DNA of 64,000 bases from a virus: positions 1 to 64,000 of the IMG/VR virus record IMGVR_UViG_3300034101_001322. One strand, given 5' to 3'. The notes beneath the pieces were generated by a model, which did not search any database, was not told the DNA's origin, and saw nothing but the letters and a program-made list of their open reading frames with translations. The translations under genes were made by a program, and so were the position numbers. Positions 17,518 through 27,118 of the stretch are shown here, in pieces (the stretch's first letter is position 1; the number at the start of each line of letters is the position of its first letter).

Positions 17518-19692
17518 ATGGCAACAGTAGACAAAGCCTTTAGAGTAAAAAATGGCTTGGTGGTTGAGGGTGCTACGGCTACCGTCAATACACATGATGT
17601 AATTACAAAAGAAATCTTTGACGCAAAAGGTGACTTGTTAGTTGGTACAGGATCAAACACTGGTACCAAAGTTGCAGTAGGAACAAACGGATATGTTCTT
17701 ACAGCAGATTCATCAGAAACAAATGGCGTTAAGTGGGCAGCAGCCCCAGCAGTCGGAGCATTTGAAACTTCAATTGTATTTGAAGGCACAACTGCAAATG
17801 ATTTTGAAACAACTCTTACAGTAACTGACCCAACAGCAGACCGCACAATTACATTCCCAGACGTAACAGGAACTGTAATTACAAGTGCTGATTCTGGGAC
17901 AGTAACTAGCGCAATGATTGAAAATGGAACAATTGTTGATGCAGACATCAACGCTTCAGCAGCGATTGCTGCTAGTAAGATTTCTGGAACAGCCGTAACT
18001 CAGGCTGACTCAGGAACAGTTACATCCACAATGATTGCTAATGACACAATTGTAGATGCAGACATTAACTCTGCTGCAGCAATTGCACAGTCTAAGATTT
18101 CAGGACTTACCACTGATCTTTCAAACAAGGCTTCAGCATCAGACCTTACAACTCACACTGGTGCCTCAACAGGAGTACACGGTGTAACTGGTTCAGTGGT
18201 TGGAACAACTGACACACAAACACTTTCAAGTAAGACTCTAACAAGCCCAGTAGTTTCAGGACTTGCACTTTCAGATTCAAGCATTGTCTTTGAAGGTTCA
18301 TCAGCAGATGATAACGAAACAACTCTTACAGTAACAAATCCTACAGGAGATCGTACTATTACTTTGCCAGATGCTACAGGTACTGTTATTACAACTGGCA
18401 ACCTTCATAACATTACTGAGTTTGGAGTACTGACTTCAGCAATCGTAATGGAAGGTACAACAGCAAATGATTTTGAACTTACAATTTCTGCAGGTGACCC
18501 TACAGCAGATCGTACAGTAACTTTCCCAGATGCTACAGGTACTGTTGCTCTTACAAATAATAAGTTAGATGTTTTTGCAGCAACTACTTCAGCAGAACTT
18601 CGTACAGTAATCTCTGATGAGACTGGTACTGGCGGACTTGTCTTTGCTGATACCCCAACACTTATAACACCAAATATTGGTGTAGCAACTGGTACATCTT
18701 TGGTTCTTTCAGGGGACCTAACAGTTAATGGTACAACAACTACAATTAACTCAACAGAAATCACAGTTGATGACAAGAACCTTACACTTGGTTCAGTAGC
18801 AACACCAACAGATGCAGGCGCTGACGGTGGTGGTATTACTCTTAAGGGTGCTACAGATAAGACCATTAACTGGGTAGATGCAACTGATGCGTGGACATTC
18901 TCTGAGCACGTCAACCTTGCTTCTGGAAAGTCATACTATGCAAATGGTACACTACTTAAAGATGTATCAGAAACTCTTACAAACAAGACTCTTACATCAC
19001 CAACAGTTTCAGGACTTACACTTTCTGATGCAAGTATTGTTATTGAAGGTTCTACAGCAAATGACTTTGAGACTACACTTACAGTAACTGATCCAACTGG
19101 AGACCGTACAATTACATTCCCAGATGCAACTGGTACTGTAGCCCTTACTTCAGATATTACAGTAAGTGCATCATCAACAAATACATTCACAAACAAGTCA
19201 ATTGCATTAGGAACAAATACAGTATCAGGAACACTTGCAGAGTTTAACACTGCAGTTACAGATGCTGATCTTGTTTCAATTGCAGGAACAGAAACACTTA
19301 CAAACAAAACTTTAACATCTCCAATACTTACTACTCCAGACATTGGAGCAGCAACTGCAACATCTATTACACTTGCAGATGCTCTTATGGGTTCTGCTAC
19401 AACTAGCCTAAGCACAACTAGTGCAACAGTAGTTGATTCATGGTCAGCAACAACCTATTCATCTGCAAAGTATATTGTACAAATGAAAAACGGTGGCGAC
19501 ATTGAGGTTCTAGAAGTTCTAGTAACTGTTAATGGAGCAAACAACGTTTACATCACAGAATATGCAGATATTCAGAGCAATGCACAAATTGGAACAACAG
19601 ATGCAGATTACTCAGGCGGCAACGTTCGCTTGTTAGTAACAGCAACAGATGGTACAACAGTAAAGGTTCACAAGACGCTTATCGAAGCGTAA
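17518..19692 (+). CDS. long tail fibre with internal repeats
   Basis: 4x IV.EG..A.D.E.TLT...PT.DRT.T.PD.TGTV; TLTNKTLTSP; IVDADIN repeats. Confidence 0.75.
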   Translation: MATVDKAFRVKNGLVVEGATATVNTHDVITKEIFDAKGDLLVGTGSNTGTKVAVGTNGYVLTADSSETNGVKWAAAPAVGAFETSIVFEGTTANDFETTLTVTDPTADRTITFPDVTGTVITSADSGTVTSAMIENGTIVDADINASAAIAASKISGTAVTQADSGTVTSTMIANDTIVDADINSAAAIAQSKISGLTTDLSNKASASDLTTHTGASTGVHGVTGSVVGTTDTQTLSSKTLTSPVVSGLALSDSSIVFEGSSADDNETTLTVTNPTGDRTITLPDATGTVITTGNLHNITEFGVLTSAIVMEGTTANDFELTISAGDPTADRTVTFPDATGTVALTNNKLDVFAATTSAELRTVISDETGTGGLVFADTPTLITPNIGVATGTSLVLSGDLTVNGTTTTINSTEITVDDKNLTLGSVATPTDAGADGGGITLKGATDKTINWVDATDAWTFSEHVNLASGKSYYANGTLLKDVSETLTNKTLTSPTVSGLTLSDASIVIEGSTANDFETTLTVTDPTGDRTITFPDATGTVALTSDITVSASSTNTFTNKSIALGTNTVSGTLAEFNTAVTDADLVSIAGTETLTNKTLTSPILTTPDIGAATATSITLADALMGSATTSLSTTSATVVDSWSATTYSSAKYIVQMKNGGDIEVLEVLVTVNGANNVYITEYADIQSNAQIGTTDADYSGGNVRLLVTATDGTTVKVHKTLIEA

Positions 19693-19719
19693 TGTGGGCT
19701 GAGGGGACAGTGAACTTCA

Positions 19720-20085
19720 GTGGCAACTAACAATAAAGACTTTGTTGTAAAACAAGGTATTAAGGTTGCTACTGGAGTCACCTTTCCTGATAACTCTGTA
19801 CAAACAACAGCATTTACAGGATCTGCCCTAACTGTTGGAAGCACATTTCCAGCAACTCCATCTAATGGTCAATTATTTTTGTACACTGTTACAGAAAGAA
19901 TTTACTACTATTTAAATAGTGAGTGGAACCCCATAGCAACATATTTTGATGCTCAGTCTGAGTATAATGGAAATGGAATGACTTACCCAACATTATTTGC
20001 TAGACTTAATGGTGGCGCTCCAAACACTACTTTTACAAACGCTTTACCTTCAGCAGATGGCGGTAGTCCAAGTGAACAATTCTGA
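19720..20085 (+). CDS. virion fibre-associated protein
   Basis: KDFVVKQG like 17518 N-terminus; TFPDNSVQTTA; FPATPSNG. Confidence 0.6.
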   Translation: MATNNKDFVVKQGIKVATGVTFPDNSVQTTAFTGSALTVGSTFPATPSNGQLFLYTVTERIYYYLNSEWNPIATYFDAQSEYNGNGMTYPTLFARLNGGAPNTTFTNALPSADGGSPSEQF

Positions 20086-20111
20086 TATAATAAACGTTGG
20101 AGGATTAATAA

Positions 20112-20858
20112 ATGGCAACTAGAATTCAAGTTCGTAGAGGTACTACCTCCGAGTGGAATACAGCAAATCCAATCCTTGAAGAAGGAGAGATTGGATATAA
20201 CAGTACCCTTGGTCAAATGAAAATTGGAGATGGGTCAACATCTTGGGGAAACCTAGACTATCTAGTTAGTGATGGAAGTTTAGATACAAGTCTTGGCAAC
20301 TATATTGAGTCTACTGAAAAAAGTGCAATAGATGGTATTGCTGAATTAGACGGATCTAAAAATATCCTTGCGCCAGCAGGTATTATTTTTGAAGGTACAG
20401 AAAACGATTTTGAAACAACTTTAGCGGTAACAGACCCTACTGGTGATAGAACAATCACTCTTCCAAATATAACTGGAACAGTCATTACAACAGGAAACCT
20501 TTCAGATATTACATCTGTAGGAACTCTGGCTAGTTTAACAGTTACTGGTGACTTTACAGTAAATGGAACTACTACAACAATCAACTCTACAACTCTTACA
20601 GTTGATGATATAAACATCTTGTTAGCACAAGGAAATACTTCTGATGCCGCAGCAAATGGTGGTGGAATTACTCTTGCAGGTGCAACAAATAAAACTTTTG
20701 AATGGATAGATGCAACAGACGCTTGGACATCTTCTGAACATATGAACCTTCTTAGTGGAAAGTCATATAAGATTAACAATACTGCAATATCAGCAGCCTT
20801 ACCAGCCCTTACATGGGGAGAAGTTAAAAATGGTAAGTCTGGTATGGTAATTAGTTAA
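20112..20858 (+). CDS. tail fibre protein with Mtd N-terminal-like domain
   Basis: RIQVRRGT..EW..ANPIL.EGEIG..KIGDG.T.W..L.Y; shares repeats with 17518; promoter TGATATAAT 20083-20091. Confidence 0.7.
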   Translation: MATRIQVRRGTTSEWNTANPILEEGEIGYNSTLGQMKIGDGSTSWGNLDYLVSDGSLDTSLGNYIESTEKSAIDGIAELDGSKNILAPAGIIFEGTENDFETTLAVTDPTGDRTITLPNITGTVITTGNLSDITSVGTLASLTVTGDFTVNGTTTTINSTTLTVDDINILLAQGNTSDAAANGGGITLAGATNKTFEWIDATDAWTSSEHMNLLSGKSYKINNTAISAALPALTWGEVKNGKSGMVIS

Positions 20859-20922
20859 ACTACTTTGTAAAAGAAAAAGTACTTAACGTTAAACTTAACA
20901 TTTAGTGTCCACTTTATGCGTA

Positions 20923-20950
20923 TTTACATTGTTTAAATTTGTGATATACT
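20923..20950 (+). promoter_or_regulatory. promoter of RNR gene
   Basis: TTTACA..TGATATACT (20942-20950). Confidence 0.6.
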
Positions 20951-21011
20951 AAGAGTACTTTGCATTTAGCAAAGTATTAACTATTTTTTTTATTAGAAAG
21001 TTGGAAATTTA

Positions 21012-23042
21012 ATGTCAGAGGTCTTTTCTTTTCGTTTATCAGATGAGTTTGTAACAAAATACGCAGCAGCACCAGCCCCATTTGGGTTTTCCGATGCTGG
21101 ATCTAACTCATTAGGCGAGATTACGTTTATTCGTACTTACTCTCGTGTTAAAGAAGACGGAACTAAAGAACGTTGGCATGAGGTTTGCCGTCGTGTAATC
21201 GAGGGTATGTATTCAGTGCAAAAGAACCATGCCAAGGACAATCGTCTACCATGGAACGATAACAAAGCACAGAAGTCTGCACAAGAAGCATTCCAAAGAA
21301 TGTTTGAATTAAAGTGGACTCCACCAGGTCGTGGTCTCTGGGCGTTTGGAACTCCTATGACTATGGAAAAGCGCAACTCTGCATCCCTTCAAAACTGTGC
21401 AATGGTCTCTACTCGTGATATTGATCGTAATGATCCTGGTGCCCTTTTTGCTTGGGTAATGGATGCACTTATGCTGGGTATTGGAGTAGGGTTTGACACT
21501 ATTGGTCAAGATAAGCAAATGTCTATTTATGCACCCACAGAGCCAGCCTCTATCTATGAAATCCCAGATACTCGTGAAGGATGGGTAGAATCTGTTAGAT
21601 TACTTATTAACTCATTCTTGCGTCAAAACCAGCCTATCCAAGAGTTTAACTATGACCTTATCCGTCCACTAGGAGCCCCTATTAAGGGCTTTGGAGGCGT
21701 TGCAAGCGGTCCAGCACCGCTCATTGATCTCCATACACGGATTCGCAATGTAATTGGCTCTAGAGCGGGAGAAGTATTAGATAGCCGTGCTATTGTAGAT
21801 ATCGTAAACCTTATTGGTACATGTGTTGTTTCTGGCAATGTTCGTCGTTCTGCTACCCTTGCACTTGGCGCACCAGGAGATAAAGATTTTATTAATCTAA
21901 AAAACCCAGAAGTCTTTGCAGACCGTAATTCATATGATCCAGAAAAGCCAGGTTGGGCGTGGATGAGTAACAACTCAATCGCTGCTGAAGTTGGAACTAA
22001 ATATGAAGACTATGTAGATTTAATTGCAGATAATGGAGAACCAGGTTTTATCTGGCTTGATGTTGCTAGAAACTTTGGTCGTCTTGCAGATCCTGCAGAT
22101 GGTAAAGATTCTAGAATTATGGGCTTCAATCCTTGTGCGGAGCAGCCATTGGAATCATACGAACTTTGTACACTTGTAGAAGTGCACTTAAATCGTCATG
22201 AGTCCAAGGAGGACTTCCTCAAGACATTGAAGTTTGCATACTTATATGGTAAGACTGTTACTCTTATGCCAACACATTGGCAACAGACAAACGGCATCAT
22301 GCAACGTAATCGCCGTATTGGTACTTCACTTACAGGCATTGCTGCATTTGCTGATGAGCACGGTCTTCCAGTTATTCGTGAATGGATGGACGAAGGATAC
22401 AATACAATTCGTAAATACGATCACTCATATTCAGAATGGCTATGTGTTCGTGAATCAGTTCGTGTAACTACTGTTAAACCATCAGGATCAGTATCACTTC
22501 TTTCTGGTGCTACCCCTGGAGTTCACTGGGGACCTGGTGGAGAGTTCTACCTTCGTGCTATTCGTTTTGGTGATCAAGATCCAATGCTTCATTTGTTTAA
22601 AGCAGCGGGATATAAGATTGAACCAGATTTAGTATCAGCAAATACACAAGTAGTCTACTTCCCTGTAGCATCTGGACATAAGCGTTCAGAGAAGCAGGTA
22701 AGTCTATTTGAAAAAATTGGTTTGGCAGCAACTGCTCAAAAGTACTGGTCAGATAACGGAGTTTCTGTAACACTTTCATTTGACAAGGAGAATGAAAAGA
22801 AGTTTATTGCTCCTGCTCTCAATATGTACGAGGGACAGTTAAAGGCAGTATCATTCTTACCAATGGGAGACAAGGTTTATCCACAACAGCCGTACTCAGA
22901 AATTACAAGAGAAGAGTACAACGCTTACGTTGGAACTATCGGTAAGATTGACTGGTCTGCCATTTATGATGGTAAGGACAATTTAGATGCCGAGTCTGAA
23001 AAGTATTGTTCTACAGACGCATGTGAAATTAAACTATATTAG
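21012..23042 (+). CDS. nrdJ: class II (adenosylcobalamin-dependent) ribonucleotide reductase
   Basis: PPGRGLW, NC, GNVRRSA, NPCAEQ..ELCTL, TTVKPSG, C-terminal CSTDAC; no beta subunit gene. Confidence 0.9.
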   Translation: MSEVFSFRLSDEFVTKYAAAPAPFGFSDAGSNSLGEITFIRTYSRVKEDGTKERWHEVCRRVIEGMYSVQKNHAKDNRLPWNDNKAQKSAQEAFQRMFELKWTPPGRGLWAFGTPMTMEKRNSASLQNCAMVSTRDIDRNDPGALFAWVMDALMLGIGVGFDTIGQDKQMSIYAPTEPASIYEIPDTREGWVESVRLLINSFLRQNQPIQEFNYDLIRPLGAPIKGFGGVASGPAPLIDLHTRIRNVIGSRAGEVLDSRAIVDIVNLIGTCVVSGNVRRSATLALGAPGDKDFINLKNPEVFADRNSYDPEKPGWAWMSNNSIAAEVGTKYEDYVDLIADNGEPGFIWLDVARNFGRLADPADGKDSRIMGFNPCAEQPLESYELCTLVEVHLNRHESKEDFLKTLKFAYLYGKTVTLMPTHWQQTNGIMQRNRRIGTSLTGIAAFADEHGLPVIREWMDEGYNTIRKYDHSYSEWLCVRESVRVTTVKPSGSVSLLSGATPGVHWGPGGEFYLRAIRFGDQDPMLHLFKAAGYKIEPDLVSANTQVVYFPVASGHKRSEKQVSLFEKIGLAATAQKYWSDNGVSVTLSFDKENEKKFIAPALNMYEGQLKAVSFLPMGDKVYPQQPYSEITREEYNAYVGTIGKIDWSAIYDGKDNLDAESEKYCSTDACEIKLY

Positions 23043-23077
23043 TCTTTGCCCTGCTATAATAAGGGTATAGGAGAAAT

Positions 23078-26000
23078 ATGTCTAACCCATCAAACTTATA
23101 TGCAGAAAAGATATACTCAGAGCACCCATTAGTTCTTTGGGCGTTAGACGATAAGGCTGATTACGTAGACCTTATATCTGAAGCAAATAGAGATGTAGAA
23201 ACTGATTGGTCTGTTTCTGGCGGCACAGCAGTAGAAGGATCCGCTGCTAATGAGCCATTTCCTGATAGCATAACTACTGAAATTGAAGGAAATGTTCCAG
23301 TTGGAAGTACAAACGACATTATTTGTATTAGTCCAGATTTAATTAATTTTACAGACTTAAACTCTGAACTTGGTACATTCTCTGTTGGCGGGTATTTTTA
23401 TTCAAATAGCGCATACCTAGACTCAATATCTATTGGGTATGAATATACAGATACAACAACCTCTTTAGTTGTTCAAAAACTAAAAACTTTTCCAACCACA
23501 ATATTTCAAAACTGGGCATTTGTATCTGAAACATTTGAAATTCCTGATGAGAATACAGAATTACGGGCTGTTGTTAAGATAGTTACTAATACTGGTGGGG
23601 CAAGCACAGCAGATTATCAATTTTATATCAATGGAATAACAGTTGGTCAATGGGCTGAAGACTTCAATGCAATTTCCCTTGGCGTAGTGCCAGAGGCTTT
23701 TCCAAACACAATAGCGCTCACCACAACAAGCCAGGCAATTCCAACAGCCCCTTACGGAATATCTTCTGACGAAGGTTACTATCTTGTAGATAATAATTCT
23801 ATTGTTGCAAAAAACTCAAGTGTTCCTATGGTCTTTGGAGCATCTGGAGTAACAGTTGTCACACCCAACTCTGGAGGAGACCCGTCTCTCATTGTTCCAG
23901 GAAAAGGATTTTTAAATGAACTTGGAAGATACAAAGATTATACTGTAGAGTTTTGGGCAAGAATAAGTTGCGACTCTTCAACCCCTAAAAGAATATTTGG
24001 TCCAATAAACAGTACAGATGGACTTTACGTTGAAGGTGGCTTTTTAACATTTGTTCTTGGTAGTGAATTTGGATCACACTTTGTGGGCGAGTGGTTTAGA
24101 CCAATGCTTATTCATATTCGTGTAATTAGAAACTCTGTTAGCATATTACTTAACGGAGAAGAAGTTATTTCTTTTCCTGTCGACACAGAGTCTTTAGAGT
24201 TGCCAGAACCATTAAACTTAGGAAAGTCACAAGACTGGCTTGGCTTCTATGCTTATGCAGACGTTACTCCAGTAGAGATTGACTGTGTTGCAATTTATCC
24301 ATACCAGGTTCCAGTAACAGTTGCTAAGCGTAGATGGGTATATGGTCAGGGAGTTTTATCTCCTGAAGGAATTAATTCCGCATATGGAGGAACATCTGCA
24401 TTTATTGATTATCCATTTGCAGACTATACAGCCAACTATAATTATCCAGATTTTGCCTCATGGCAGCAGGGTACATTTGACAACCTTGTAACAACAAACA
24501 CTGCATTAACAACGCCAGAATACACTTTGCCAGAAATCTTTTTAGACTCAAAGACTATCAATGACCTTTATGTTGATAATCAAGAAATCCAAGAGGTTGC
24601 ATCTGGTATAACAGTGCCTAAAAAATTTATAACATTTAGACCAAATAATACTTGGAGTTCAAAACAGTGTTATTTTAATTTCCCACAACTTAATGTTTTA
24701 AATGATCAAGTTAGATCTGTTTATGCAGTTTTTAGTACAACCGACATAGGACCAGAATCTGGACCAGTGCAGTCACAGACACTTATTAAGATATATAACT
24801 CTTTAACTAGTGATTTTTTTATTGTTAGACAAGAAGAAGATTTAATTAAATATGCTTTAAATTATAACGGAGTAGAAGAGTTACTTTACACAACAGCAAG
24901 TCTTGAATCAGATCAGTTATTTTCAGTAGGACTAAATTTTCAAACAATATCAAATACATTTGGAGAAAATGTTTCATCATTTTTTGGAAATCAAAATGGA
25001 TTAAAACTATACATAGGAGGAGATGAAGAGGCAGAAAATACATTTACTGGTAAAATTTATTCTGTTGGATTATCTACTGCATCTAATACGGTTGAAATAG
25101 CAGATTACTTTGATGAAAATGGCTTTATATTATTTGATGATTTGTTAGAAAGCGGAGTAACGGAAGAAACCTCTGCAGCATTAATAGATCACACTGCAAG
25201 TTATACCCTGCTACCAACAGAGTCTTATGAAAAATTTTTTTTAGACATTGGTGTTTCAGGATATTGGCAAGATTATATGCCGCTATCATATTTTGCCAAA
25301 TATGTAGCAAATGATGTTGGAAATCAATTTTATGATCTTGACTTTTTGCAATTTAACATAGGATACCCTGGACCATCTTCTAGTTCTCAGTCTGAAGAGG
25401 TTGCTGAGTCCTGGACATATGCTGATTTAAAATCACAGTTTGAGCACCCAGAACAAAAGACCTATTATCAGTTTGATAATTTCCTATTTACTGGCTGGTC
25501 TAATTATGAAGATATTGAACAAAAGTCTGTTAAGTTCTACCAATATGATACAGAAAATGCCTCTATTAGAAGTTATGTAACCTTTCAATATGTCATGGAA
25601 GGTGCTAACTCACCACAAACAAGTTTTGATAGAGTTGAAGCAGCAAAGTCTACACGTATAGTAGACATTGACGAGCACCCACTTTGGGCAACAACAAAGT
25701 TTGAAGTTGTTGACAATACAATTATTTATCCAACAAAGACCATTGACTTTAACGAGTTAGCCATAGTTTATCACCTTGAGTTTAACATTAGAAATATTCT
25801 TACAAAACCAATTGCCTTGCGTAGACTAGAAGTTGCATCTCAGGCACTTAATGCAAACTCCTTTAATCCAATAGGAACTAGATTTAGCCTAAACATGTTT
25901 CCCTATAAAAGAGCAGGGCTGTACTACGACTATAAATCTAAAAACCCATTTAGCATTTACAAGGGAAGTACTCCATATCTATATCTAAATAGAAAGAGTG

Positions 26001-26728
26001 GAATTGAAGTGCGTGGCTCTTTTGATCCACAGGTTAGCCGTGGTATTGCTGTTCCAATCAATCAAACATCGGCTGCAAATTATCGTATTAGTGCGGCTCA
26101 GATTTGGATGAGATATGATGATGACTTTTTCCCAGGCACACCAACAGAATTGTTTGAGATCGAGTATAAGGCTGACACAATAAAGTTTTATATGGTTGCA
26201 GATAGTTCAAAGGGCTCTAGGGCTAGAATATTTGCTAGAAGCCAAAACACTGGACTAGAGTTTAACGGTCTTGCTTATTTCTGGAACGGAGCACTTGTTC
26301 GTGAACCAGTAATCACCAAGAAGGAGTGGGGAGTGCTTGGTATTGCTTTCTCAACAGCCCTAAACTTTGATGGATACCTAGGCGGTATTAACCTAACTGG
26401 TCCAATGCTATTCAATAATATTGCCTACTATCAGGCTAATAACCTACAGCAGGTACAGAGTGCTTTAACACGACCATGGCTACAAGTTAAAACAGACGGA
26501 GTGACAAACTTTGATTGGCAGTATTGGTTAAATAACTTTACTTGGGAAGGTGTTTTGGTTATCTCAGCCTCAGACCTGTATGGTGTAAGCCCACAGGATG
26601 TATATAAGACCTATACAGGAACTAATAAGATTATTATTGATGACGATGAAGGCATGATCTTTGATGCAGAGAAATTAAAGATCTATGCAGATACAACTTG
26701 GCAGACCACTGTCAAGATTCCAGTATAG
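23078..26728 (+). CDS. large virion protein with LamG/concanavalin-like domain
   Basis: HPL.LW.LD, YTVEFW.R, EW.RPM..HI; promoter TGCTATAAT 23052-23060 and SD AGGAG. Confidence 0.6.
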   Translation: MSNPSNLYAEKIYSEHPLVLWALDDKADYVDLISEANRDVETDWSVSGGTAVEGSAANEPFPDSITTEIEGNVPVGSTNDIICISPDLINFTDLNSELGTFSVGGYFYSNSAYLDSISIGYEYTDTTTSLVVQKLKTFPTTIFQNWAFVSETFEIPDENTELRAVVKIVTNTGGASTADYQFYINGITVGQWAEDFNAISLGVVPEAFPNTIALTTTSQAIPTAPYGISSDEGYYLVDNNSIVAKNSSVPMVFGASGVTVVTPNSGGDPSLIVPGKGFLNELGRYKDYTVEFWARISCDSSTPKRIFGPINSTDGLYVEGGFLTFVLGSEFGSHFVGEWFRPMLIHIRVIRNSVSILLNGEEVISFPVDTESLELPEPLNLGKSQDWLGFYAYADVTPVEIDCVAIYPYQVPVTVAKRRWVYGQGVLSPEGINSAYGGTSAFIDYPFADYTANYNYPDFASWQQGTFDNLVTTNTALTTPEYTLPEIFLDSKTINDLYVDNQEIQEVASGITVPKKFITFRPNNTWSSKQCYFNFPQLNVLNDQVRSVYAVFSTTDIGPESGPVQSQTLIKIYNSLTSDFFIVRQEEDLIKYALNYNGVEELLYTTASLESDQLFSVGLNFQTISNTFGENVSSFFGNQNGLKLYIGGDEEAENTFTGKIYSVGLSTASNTVEIADYFDENGFILFDDLLESGVTEETSAALIDHTASYTLLPTESYEKFFLDIGVSGYWQDYMPLSYFAKYVANDVGNQFYDLDFLQFNIGYPGPSSSSQSEEVAESWTYADLKSQFEHPEQKTYYQFDNFLFTGWSNYEDIEQKSVKFYQYDTENASIRSYVTFQYVMEGANSPQTSFDRVEAAKSTRIVDIDEHPLWATTKFEVVDNTIIYPTKTIDFNELAIVYHLEFNIRNILTKPIALRRLEVASQALNANSFNPIGTRFSLNMFPYKRAGLYYDYKSKNPFSIYKGSTPYLYLNRKSGIEVRGSFDPQVSRGIAVPINQTSAANYRISAAQIWMRYDDDFFPGTPTELFEIEYKADTIKFYMVADSSKGSRARIFARSQNTGLEFNGLAYFWNGALVREPVITKKEWGVLGIAFSTALNFDGYLGGINLTGPMLFNNIAYYQANNLQQVQSALTRPWLQVKTDGVTNFDWQYWLNNFTWEGVLVISASDLYGVSPQDVYKTYTGTNKIIIDDDEGMIFDAEKLKIYADTTWQTTVKIPV

Positions 26729-26746
26729 TATGCTATACTTGTAGTT

Positions 26747-27118
26747 ATGGATAACGAAATTCTTAAAAAAGTTGGCAATGTCCGACGCAAAGTAATAGAA
26801 AAAGACTATAATTGGGGTCTCTATGTGTACAAAAAGTCAGATGGAAACTGGTTTACTGACGGTAGCGGAAGCGTTTTAAACATTCCATCAGAGCGTGGTG
26901 ACATTTCAAAGATTGCAGAGTTACGTAAGGTTGCTGCTTACTATGGAGATGATGGTGAAGGCAAGGCTGTCTTTGTACCTGGTTTGACAAGAATTAGCGA
27001 AGAAGAGCACTCAGAACAAATGGATAGAATGAAGAACGGTTTGATTCCTTCTATGAATGACCACGGTGCTTGGGTAGCAGCACGACAAACCTATGACAAG
27101 TATGGTAGCGATGACTGA
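26747..27118 (+). CDS. hypothetical protein upstream of portal
   Basis: leaderless after TGCTATACT 26731-26739. Confidence 0.7.
   Translation: MDNEILKKVGNVRRKVIEKDYNWGLYVYKKSDGNWFTDGSGSVLNIPSERGDISKIAELRKVAAYYGDDGEGKAVFVPGLTRISEEEHSEQMDRMKNGLIPSMNDHGAWVAARQTYDKYGSDD

Noticed and set aside
17490-20779. Long minus-strand ORFs opposite fibre genes
   Set aside because: Antisense shadows of Thr/Ala-rich coding sequence
20112-20858. Diversity-generating retroelement suggested by Mtd-like N-terminus
   Set aside because: No reverse transcriptase and no TR/VR pair differing at adenines seen in this window
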